DNA of 62,709 nt, the filler included, from Basidioascus undulatus (lineage: Eukaryota), in assembly GCA_000826855.1 (NCBI GenBank). It is 11 parts of 11 records of this genome, joined end to end, with 100 filler letters (N's around TTAATTAATTAA, not from the genome) between each part and the next. Parts side by side here need not be neighbours in the genome. Positions count along the whole stretch, not along the records: positions 51,415 to 55,113 come from JTLS01002346.1; positions 55,214 to 58,912 come from JTLS01002347.1; positions 59,013 to 62,709 come from JTLS01002348.1; 8 more parts are not named here. One strand, written 5' to 3'. A program made the position numbers and the translations under genes. Positions 52,810-62,709 of the stretch are shown piece by piece (the stretch's first letter is position 1; each line of letters begins with the position of its first letter). A model generated the notes under the pieces. It did not search any database and was not told the DNA's origin. It was given only the letters and a program-made list of their open reading frames with translations.

Positions 52810-55093
52810 ATGGCGTACGACTCTGAATCCGACTCTGGCGACGAGCGCACGTCCCCCGTCGCGTCCGACGCCGAAGACGCCTCCGACGTCGAGTCCACCG
52901 TCGCCGCCGACTCGCCTGCCCCCGCCTCCTCCTCCGCCGCCGCCCACGCCGCGCCCACGCCGAGCGCGACGACCGTGCGCGTGCGCCGACCGCGCCTGCT
53001 CGTTGACCCGGCCAACATCCTCCCCGAGGATGAGGGCCCGCGCAAGCGCCGGCGGGCGAGCCGCACGGGCTACTCGGGCGCGGGCGAGGACCAGGACGAG
53101 GACGGGGACGCGGACGGGGACGCGGAGGACGCCGGACGCGAGCGCAAGAGCCGCCATGGCGTCGCCAACTTGAACAACCCAAAGCTACTCGACGATGCGC
53201 CCAAGATACTGGAGCGCTTGAAGGAGGTCAAGGATCCAGAGTAAGTGCTTTGCCTTGGGCGCGTTGAGGAGGGAGAGAGAGGAGAATAGCGACCGAGAGC
53301 AATTCCCCCCCATTCTTATGACGCGTGCTCATCGCGTCCTCGTCGCGTCCTTGCTTGTCCACAGAGGCAGGATCATGTCGACCGAGTTTATGCGCCTCCC
53401 CAGCAAACGCCAGCTCCCGGATTACTACGACCTCATCAAAAAGGTGCGCGCGCCTCCATTCCCTACACTTCTAGCGCGGGCAGGTCGAATGCTGACTTGA
53501 ATTCCTTGCAGCCCGTCGCATTCGAGGACATCTCGGTGTGTCGCGCACCTCACGGATCTACGACACATCCAATCAGTTTTGCTGAAACCATCGCCGTAAC
53601 CTCAGGCAAAGCTCAACGAGGGCGCGTACAAGAGCGTCGCCGAGTTCCGCGACGACCTGAACCAGACCTTTGTGAACGCGAAGCGGTGCGTCCCATCACC
53701 TATCCACTTCCCCACCCGCCTTCCTGACGCCTTCTTCATGCAGCTATAACGCAAAGGGTTCCGTCATCTTCATGGACGCGAAGATCCTGCATGTCCGTCT
53801 CCCTCCGCTTCTCACCTCATTTCACCCCCAGTCCCCTTGTTTACACATGTGACGCTGCCCTCCTCCAGAAATTGATGCATGAGCTGTACGACCGGCTCCT
53901 GCAAGGCGGGAACCTGGACTCGCCCGTGCTGCACCCCAAGGTCGCCAAGGCGGAGCGCAAGCCGCGCTCGGACAAGGGCAAGGCGCGCGGGCCGTACAAC
54001 CGCCCCAAGGGCCTCAACAAGATCATCAAGCGCCTCATGGAGCGCCTCATGGTCCAGAAGGAGCGCAAGTGCGTCCTGCCGTGCTCCGTATATCTGACCG
54101 TGTCGGGTCGCTGATGGGGAGGAGGTGGTGGTGGGAACAGGACTCAGCGCGTCCTCATCGACCCGTTCATCGAGCTCCCCGATCGGCAGCTGCTGCCGAT
54201 CTACTACGACGTGCGTCGAGGCGGCGGGCAGGGCCCTTCGTGGCCAACGGCATGCTGACACGTCGTCCATCCTAATAACAGGTTATCAAGAAGCCGATGT
54301 CCTTCGACATAATTCAAGTCCGTCCCCTGTCGCCCTGGCCGGTTTCCGGCGTCCCGAAGAGATCCGCTGACACGGCACGGCGCTTGCGTTTCAGAACAAG
54401 ATGCAGGAGAAAGTGTACGACGCGCTGGCGCCTTTCGTCCAGGACGTCGACCAGGTGTTCAACAACGCCATGGAGGTGCGTTCCTCACACTCAACAACCT
54501 GAGGTTGCCCGCACCTCCTGACTAAGTACGACGCACCCCCGCAGTTCAACGAGGAGGACTCGCAGCTCTACAAAGATGCGGTGCAGCTCCAGGTCCGTCC
54601 TCTCCCTTCCTTCTCCTGTGCTCAAACCCCAGGCCAAGCTCACCTCCCCGCACTGGACGTATCACAGAACTTCTTCCACACGATCCTCCAGAACGTCTCG
54701 CCGGAGGTGGTCGATCCGCACACAGCGGCCGTGATCGGCGCAGCGAAGCTGCGCCTCAACCTCACCAACCAGCTCCTCAGCAACAACGACGGGTCGCCCG
54801 CGCCCCGGGAAGGCTCGCACGCCGCGACCGAGCGCTCGTCGTCCGAGGCTGTCGTTGACATCGATGGCGCGTCGGGGCTTTGCTTCCCCCAGCCGCAGTC
54901 CCAACCGCCCCCCCAGCCGCAGGCGCAGACGTACCAACCCCCGTTCCCCATCGCTCCGCACCACGCGCATGCTGCCGCTGCCGCTGCCGCCGCGAGTCCA
55001 AGCCCGCATTTCGGCCATGCGGCACTGCATGGAACGCCTACGCCGTACGGGACGTACCACCCGATGCACTTGGGCAGGCCCGCGCCGTCGTAA
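52810..55093 (+). CDS. Tandem-bromodomain protein (RSC/polybromo-like), 3' end uncertain
   Basis: FMRLPSKRQLPDYYDLIKKPVAFEDI...FVNAKRYNAKGSVIFMDA; FIELPDRQLLPIYYDVIKKPMSFDII...VFNNAMEFNEEDSQLYKDA. Confidence 0.88.
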
Positions 55094-55697
55094 AGGGGAA
55101 CTTTCACAGGCCANNNNNNNNNNNNNNNNNNNNNNNNNNNNNNNNNNNNNNNNNNNNTTAATTAATTAANNNNNNNNNNNNNNNNNNNNNNNNNNNNNNN
55201 NNNNNNNNNNNNNGTTGGCACGGGGTTTGATGCGTATCGGCGTGGCACATGGCGGTTGTTTCCGCTGCGAAGGTGCATCCAGCTGACATTTCACCCTCTC
55301 ATATGCTCTTATCCTCAGATGTTTCTATACCGCTGTGGGCTATTGCCCTGTCTGACTCGCTGCATCTTTGAGTTGCGTCACTGGGCTCTAGTTGGGCGGA
55401 TGGTATTCGCCGTCGGGCTGGCGGTCTTCTTGGGTGTGGAGTTGGTGGAGATCTGCAGACTTCTGCAGGCCAGGTCAATCCCCACACTGCCTTCGGACAG
55501 CCCAGGAACGGCGAAGGCAACACCACTACTCCAGTCGCTGCGACCACATTACGCAGCCCTCCTGCGACTGCTGCCTCCTCGTCAGCGAGCAGAAATCAAA
55601 CCGATAGCGGGATTCCGTCCACCTTCAGAATCTCAGAATGGCAATCATCCGTTAGCTAACGCGGGAAGCTTCTGACAAGGCATCACTGGGCACCTAC

Positions 55698-55818
55698 AGA
55701 AGAAGGACGATGACAAGAAGGATGACAAGAAGGACGACAAGAAGGACGACAAGAAGGATGACAAGAAGGACGACAAGAAGAAGGATGAGAAGGACGACAA
55801 GAAGGGCGACAAGAAGGA
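55698..55818 (+). repeat. 12-nt minisatellite (AAGAAGGAYGAC)n, about 9-10 units
   Basis: Direct tandem repeats, reading KKDD on the + strand. Confidence 0.95.
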
Positions 55819-55829
55819 GTTGTATAACA

Positions 55830-56840
55830 CCATGATGGTCGAGTGCCATGGTGAGTACTCGGATTGCTGTTACGGCCTGTTGGAGGGTTTGAGGGGAGTC
55901 TAAGAGTCGATCAGTAATGGTGAGTTTGTCTGCTTCATCAGCGGCGACATTTTTGGCTTGTTGATGGGTCCCAGGGTTTGAGCACTGTGGGAGAGGGCCA
56001 GCTTCCCGTATTGTACTTGCCCTGGTCTCCTCGGTGTCCGATGCATGGACAAAGCAGCTGATTTGCGACAGCCGAAAGGGAGGGCGGTAGATGCAGGTCT
56101 TGGTGACGCCCACTCGGGTTTGTCTCAATCACAGTGCTATTTGGGCGTCATTGTGGGGTAGGCGGAGGGTATGGTCCATGAGGCCCATGCCACGAGCGCT
56201 CCCGGTGATGTACGTTCCTAGTTTCCCTGCCCTCTTTGGGTCCGCCAGAATGCTGAGTGTCTTGGTCCTCAGAAACGCCTTGACGTTGTCCTTTCTGCCC
56301 TGCGTGTCGTCTCCCATGCCTTCTTTGAGGCTTCTAAGGCGAGCGGTAAATGTACAATACGTGGGATTGTTTCATTGGGGAAGGGGGCTGAGGGATGTTT
56401 GATTAGACGTGTCACCGGGCTGCCTCGCCTTCTGTTCGTGATCGTATGGCAGTAAAGACTGAGCGTAAGATGACGAGGCGATCAGAGGGGGGAAGAAGGC
56501 TTGTTATGGCCATTGCAACTTTGGCCTCGATTTGGGTTGCGCCGACGATCCATGTCACAGCGTCTCGCCATACGGCATCAAGGAGGTCAAGGGTGCGTTT
56601 CCGTTTATGTTTCCTCCCCTCGACCCATAAGACGAAGGGGGCCACGGCTTATTCGATGAGAGGGCGAGCAAAGGTTCTGTAAATGGTCAGTCGAGTGAAG
56701 GCTGACCATGCTCCTCTCTTTGTCATGCAGAAGCCCAGTAGGTTCCCCGTACGTCCAATCTCTTTTGTCATATCCCACTTACACTTCGTTCGATTCCTAG
56801 GTATTTGTACGAGGGACTATGGGGACTTCATCCCATTTTC
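55830..56840 (-). mobile_element. Degenerate non-LTR (LINE-like) retrotransposon, end of RT and C-terminal region, 5'-truncated
   Basis: SYKYLGIE (about 56789-56812); LTIYRTFARPLIE*AVAP; DAVTWIVGA...ITSLLPPSDRL; AQIAL*LRQTRVG...EETRA...LLDSPQTLQQAV. Multiple stops. Confidence 0.75.
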
Positions 56841-58086
56841 GTTTGCCGATCGTTCGCCTCTCGCTGTCAGCTTCTGGCCCCCCTCATGCGTACGCGCAAG
56901 GATTACCCCATCATCAGCAAGAAATATGCTTGCGGCGTAATTCGACCGTCATGTTGTAGCAGCCGTGGCGTTGGGGCTACATGTTGTTGACATACAGCAA
57001 ATCCGACAAAGGCGCTGACGGCTTGGTGCACAATGAAGCATACCATATTTGGGTGCGTGTGGTGAGTAGCACGGGACAAACGAGGCATGGAAAGGAAGTC
57101 AGACAGCGACGCACCACACTTTGATTTGCCGACATGAACCACTGCCACGGTCCGCCTCTTTTGTCTCCAACCTTCTCCTGCCATTCATGCGCTTTCCACT
57201 TCCAATCTCGTCGTCTATTTTCCACACTCGCCTGCCGTTCTCACATGTGCTGAGGCTACTCTTTGAGCTACACAAATTTTGACCGGCTTGACCTCATCAT
57301 TGAGATCCTCCGTCAGTGACGAGATCGAAAATTGGGAAGATGAGGGCAATGTCCCATGTGGACTTTGGCTCTTGCTGCTCTCTGCAGTCTGGGGCCTGCC
57401 CGACTGTGTACGTGTTTGCTGAACACAGGGAGGGCCATAGGCTCAGCGTTGTTCAATATCACTCTATGCCTGTGATAAGGTCTGTCGGTCTTTGCTGCTG
57501 CCGTCTATGATTATTGTCTTGGGCCTAGAAAGGCTGCAAATCCAAGAACAAAATACCACGACGTAGTTGCAGCGCCTAGGGGCGACATGCAGCCCACGAA
57601 GACACGCAACGTTCCTGGCAGCCTTTCTTTGGAATCGAGATTAGAGCTGTCCCAAGGAACTTTTGAAATATTCCGAGCCAATTCCCTTTCGCAGCATCCG
57701 CGACCCGACCTGCGCTCGCCACTCGCCGCTCGCCACTCGCTTTACCCTCTGTCTCTCTCTCCAATCTCATAGATTTCCCTATGATGAAGACTCAAGGTGG
57801 TCACCACACCCCTTCGCGCTTCCTCCGGGTTGTCGGTGCTCTGCGGAGCTGCCGAACGCCGAACTCGCTTCGCACAGGCATGCCTGTCCAATCTAAAGCC
57901 CCCGCAGATCAGCGGCCATCCAAGTTCGAAGGTGTATTCCAGCCACTAATCAAGAATTGCTCAACAACTGAGACCCAACACCTCTCTCTCGCGCTTCCTC
58001 CGGGTCGCGGTGCTCCACGGAGCTATTGAGCAGCGTCTCTCGTGTCTGTTCAACTGATGCTCTCCGCAGGTCGCTCTTTAACTCAC

Positions 58087-58164
58087 TGAACTGTCCACCC
58101 CCGCACAATTTTAGACTCAACGATATGAACTGTCCACTCCCGCACAATTTTAGACTCAACGATA
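58087..58164 (+). repeat. 39-nt tandem duplication (1 mismatch)
   Basis: TGAACTGTCCACYCCCGCACAATTTTAGACTCAACGATA x2. Confidence 0.95.
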
Positions 58165-61100
58165 AATGCACTTTCCACCCCTTTTGCGCCTCCTCAGGGT
58201 GACGCGGCTTGACGGGCTGTCGGGCTGCATAGCAGTCAAGCTCACACTAACGAACACATTCTCCGCAGGTGACCGTCTATTCCTAAATAGCAAGGATTGA
58301 AATAGAAACCCCCAATAACAAGGATTAACACCTCCTCTTTCCATTCGCGCTTCCTCAGGGTTGCTTTGTTCCGCGGAGCTGTACAACTCCTTCCCGACAG
58401 TGTATCTGTTTAACTAAATCACTCAAAGCAATCTAAGGGTGAGAAGGCCTGTGCGTCAAGGGAGCAAGAAAGATCAGAGCATGGAGCACAAGCTGCAGTC
58501 AACCGCAAGGAGGGAACATTCAACATGAGCATCGCACGAGCGCTCACGGGCAGTTCAAATGCAAACGGACGGTTTTAGAAGCCGGACACATGGTATAGAT
58601 AGGCAAGAGTGTGAACGGGTAGAGCAACAGTCTCGAGCCCCAAGCTGAAAGACCCAGAATGAAAGAAAGGGGGGATGGCCAGGGAACAGCATGATAGCAA
58701 ACGACACCAGCACCGAGACTTCGAGAATGCCACAACTGGGAGAGACAGGGGGACGTCAGTAAGGGACCAGCGCACGAGGGAAGGGCGGGCGAACGTGCAG
58801 GCTCACCAGAGACTTCAGCCTAAAGAGCAAGAGCCACGACCGCCCATGCAACACCTAAAAGATCGAGCGATCCCTCACGCGCTTGACGCCCTGCCGCGCT
58901 CGTCTCGGTGGCNNNNNNNNNNNNNNNNNNNNNNNNNNNNNNNNNNNNNNNNNNNNTTAATTAATTAANNNNNNNNNNNNNNNNNNNNNNNNNNNNNNNN
59001 NNNNNNNNNNNNTTGATGCGCTCTGCTCTTAGGAGCCGAGAAGAAGAGCAGTCTGCCCTCCCCCCCCCCAATTACCTGTCACTCTTTCAACGACCTGCGC
59101 TGCACGGCCCAGCCCAAAGCACCTCAACGTACCTCCATACATACTCAAGATCACACTCATACACATGTCTGGCTGGTACGGCTCGTTCAGGTCCACCGAC
59201 ACAGATGCCGAGGCTGCCTACAAGAAAGCTGCCGTCGCCGACGTGATTGCAACGCAAGTCTAAGTTACGCTCCTTTGCCGTCAAAGGTTTTAACTGATGT
59301 TACTATTACTTGTTTATTTTAGGGCCCAGGAGAGCACTTACGACCGCAAGGTGGAGCAATACAACCAGTCGACCCAAGAGTTCGAAGCTGCGCACAAGAG
59401 GGCGCCCTCGGCGTGAGTACATCGCGTCGCGGATTGTTGGCAGTGAAACAAACTCAGAGGTGCCACTTGGTTTTCCTATACACTTTCAGGATGTAACGAC
59501 GGCCCATCAGCATACTATGCCGGTCCTGGCACCCAAGACGCGATTGTAGCCGCGCAAGCCAGGGCGGACGAGGCCAGAGCCGCCTACCTGCCGCACCAGG
59601 GCCGGGCGATGGGTTTATACGACGATGCGGAGCGGTATCAGCCCGCCGTCATGCTGGAGGTCTCAGACGACGTTTCGTGCACCGTCATCCAGCAGTTCGG
59701 GTCTCCCTATTGCTGGACCTTACCTTTGGACGTGCTGACAATTGTAAGTTGCATGCAACATCCTGACGTTCGCTTAACCTTGGCTCCGATGCCTCTTCTT
59801 CGCAGCAGATATGCCCCAGGCTCAAGCCCCTTCTTGTGAGATCTTCTCAAAATTCATTACCGACGAAACATCTGAAGCAGCCGTTACCTCTAAGTCCAAT
59901 CCCAAACCCCAACCTCCTGCCCTTCGGTTCAACCGGACGCCTGCCTGCTGTTCTCTGCTGTTCGACTGGCGTTGTCTGATTCGACCGTCAAAACTCCCGC
60001 TAGCATGGCTCGATTCACCATCGGCGCTTCTGCTGCTTCCCCCACCGTGATTACCCTTTTTTCTATAGTCACTAACTGATTATCCTAGAAATCCACAACG
60101 TCTTCACATGGTCCAAAGAAGCTGAAAGACTCGCTCTTCCATCAGTAAGCGCGTTGAGGACATAAAGCCTCTGAGGGTTATTCATCCCAGAATTGCACAC
60201 AGACAATGACATTTGCGCGAAATCCTTCCTAGGTCTAACTCGCCTACTGCTGCTTTCGATTCTGCGTCAGCTCAACCTGACAAGACGTCCGACTTCGCTG
60301 TCGCTTCCTCCGCTGTTCGGTTCAACACGACTTCTTCTTTCTTCACCTTGGTGTAAGATAACTCGCTCGTCTTCTCATGGCCCTGGCCGACTCAAGCCTC
60401 ATCTGCTCCGTCAGCTTGGTCCCTGTTATGCTCGTGCGCACCGCGCCGGCGGAAGGCTGCTGCTTCTATTTGAAAAAGGCGAGTAATGGGAAACTTCACT
60501 GCTTTCTCTCACCAACGCAAGGCGCATGCCAACCTATTCGGTACAGTTGAAGACTGCACTCTCCTATTCGTGAGTGGTTTGGACGACCGAAGCTTTTCAC
60601 AGTGCTCACGCCCGCCCAAGCTCAGTCTCGGTTCAACACCCCCGGCTGCCGGTTTCGTTTTTGAGTCAGCTCAACCTGACAATATCTCTGCTTTTTTCTT
60701 TTCTTTTCTTTTTCTTTTTTGCTGTTCGGTTCAACCCGTCGTCGTCTCTGCCTGTGCGTCCGCTTCGCGTCGGCTCAACCTGGCAATGATACATCTGTTG
60801 CGACTCGCTCATTGAAGTTGTCGTGGGCCTTGCCGCATGCTTGACATTTTATGAAAATCTAGGAGGATCTTGCACGAGAGAAAGATACACTACTCTTGAA
60901 TGAAGCGAAGAGTTAATTGTGCGTTGCAACACCATCAGTATGGCGCACTTAGTACCCTAGCACACCCCAACGACACGCCAGAACCGGCCACTATACATTT
61001 TTAGGGTAGGATCTGGGCTCCAGCATGCACGCACATTCCTCACAATCCGCAACGAGCAAAAAGTTAGGTCTGCGCAGAATCAGTCTCAGAAACACCTCAG

Positions 61101-61580
61101 CACAATGCACCCAATTCTTGTCTATCCCCTCCTCGCTTCACGATTCAAGGAGGGGAGATCTCCGTTAAGAGAAAATGCATACCGTTATGGCATATCCAGT
61201 TTGTACGACAGCAAAGACCGCCGCACGACTCTGTATATTGGGCGTAGAGGAGTAAGAGGATGCGTTCGCTCACTGTCTGACCAGTAGGATCTCATGAAAT
61301 GCTCACGATTGATTCGAGTGGAGTATCAGCTAGCCTGTCGGTTGAGGAGAAGAAAGCGTCTTCGTTCGCGAGCGGCATGTTGCCGCAAACGACTTGAAAA
61401 AACAAAACCTATAAAAGCGATACGGTTTATAAACGCCGAAGATGCCGTCCCGGCACGCCCACTCGCAGCCAGCTTCCAGCTCAGCGCAGCGCAGTCTCCT
61501 GCTCGTCCTCATCCTCATTCAACTCGTCCTCCTCCTTCATCCCCACTCAAAAGCGCATCCCAGCGCGCCAGAAACCGACC

Positions 61581-62709
61581 ATGCACCTCTCGCTGTTCTT
61601 CTTCTTCGCAACGAGCGTCCTCGCCGTGCGCGCCTCCCCGTCCGCCGACTCCGGGTTGCGCGTAGACCGCACGAAGCTGCACGCTGTTTCCTCGACGGGG
61701 GAAGACCTCCTTAACGCCCCGTCCGTCTCCTTATCCCTCCTTTCTTTGCATGTCATATTAACTGATGTTGATGCGAGCTCAGGTTCCCTCTCTCGACCCC
61801 GCTCTCCCTCCCGCAAGACGCTACGCTCCAGCTCACCTTCCACGTCTCCTCCGCTGCGTCCAGCGAACCGGTCGTCCCCCGCCAGGCGTTTGTCGAGCTC
61901 TGGGACCGCGAGGCAAGGAGGGGGTGGGAGGGGAACGTTCCTGTTCGCGCGAGGGATGGCAGGGGGCGTTTCACTTTGGTGCGTCCCCTTCTTCCCTTCC
62001 TCCCTTCTTCCTTCTCCCGTTCCACATCTTCATCTTCTCCCCGCGATTAACACTATCCCATCTACGCAGGATCTCGCCGCGCCCCCCTCCTCTCTCCCTC
62101 CCTCGCACTCCGGCGCCTACCACCTCTCGCTGCACCTCGCGTCCAGCCCGAGCACGCCCGGCCTCACGCTCCCCATCGGCGAGGTCCGCCTCCCGCCTGC
62201 CCCGCCCGCCGAGGCAGACCCCAACGACGAGTACACCCTCCGCCCGGAGATCGCGCACACCTTCCGCGCGGAGGAGAAGCTCCCGCCGCGCGTCGTGAGC
62301 GCCGTGGGCGCGGCGGCGGTTGTTGGGGCGCCGTGGGCTTCGTTCATCGGACTGGTACATCCCTCCTTCCATCCATCCTTCCTCCCTCCCTCCCGTCTTT
62401 CTTTCCCTGCTTCGTTGCCCTTCTTTCCCTTCCTTCGGACTGACCCGACAGTGGCGCGCAGGTCGCCCCGCTCCCCCTCTCCCCTTCCCTCCCCGCCCAA
62501 ACCCTCTCCTTCCTCCTCGCGCTCGCGCTCTTCGAGGCCCTCCTCGCGACGTACTGGGTCCGCCTCACGCTCTTCGAGCTCTTCCCGCTCGCGGCCGCGG
62601 CCGCGGTGAGCACGTTCTTTGCCGGGCGCGCGGCGCTGGGGGTGGAGAGGAGGAGGAGGGCGGGCGGGGTCGGCAATGAGCCGCTCGCGCGAGGTCTGCG
62701 TGCGCAGCG
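61581..62709 (+). CDS. SWP1: Oligosaccharyltransferase subunit Swp1/ribophorin II; stop codon not seen
   Basis: Signal peptide; PVVPRQAFVEL; YTLRPEIAHTFRAEEKLPPRVVS; FLLALALFEALLATYWVRLTLFE; AGRAAL. Confidence 0.85.

Noticed and set aside
55645..55833. Hydrophobic or Ser/Phe repeat ORFs (SSFL)n and (LLVV)n
   Set aside because: These are alternative readings of the 12-nt minisatellite.
57790..58410. CRISPR-like repeat-spacer array
   Set aside because: The context is eukaryotic, repeats are degenerate, spacing is 160-195 nt and there are no cas genes.
3760..58968. Regularly spaced TTAATTAATTAA palindromes as a biological repeat array
   Set aside because: They are always centred in N-runs, so this is a synthetic six-frame stop spacer.

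Overview
This is intron-rich fungal genomic DNA, probably a basidiomycete (inference from short introns, GTGCGT/GTCCGT donors, high GC3 and protein similarity). It is not one continuous locus. It consists of 11 contigs joined by ten artificial 100-nt linkers (N44-TTAATTAATTAA-N44). Apart from one 24.6-kb contig, they are ordered by decreasing length (3715 down to 3697 nt), so adjacency across linkers is meaningless. Recognisable intact or edge-truncated genes are UTP23, ERG25, ICE2, a GST-like gene, a SAM methyltransferase, UTP7, threonine aldolase GLY1, SH3BGR-like, LIM-RhoGAP (LRG1-like), a small SET protein, a Rho GTPase, WDR26/GID7, ketopantoate reductase-like, UTP17, a carboxylesterase, a PPR protein, PrpF, a tandem-bromodomain protein and SWP1. 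The most notable hidden signal, not visible in the ORF track, is a load of decayed genes. These include a divergent sulfonate-scavenging pair (TauD/JLP1-like dioxygenase plus SOA1-like transporter) whose 5' halves and shared promoter are missing, a GH32 invertase-like pseudogene, a MYND-finger pseudogene, a BRCT/Myb (Rap1-like) relic and a LINE remnant. I found no convincing novel multi-gene system. All family calls come from motif recognition by eye, not from database searches.
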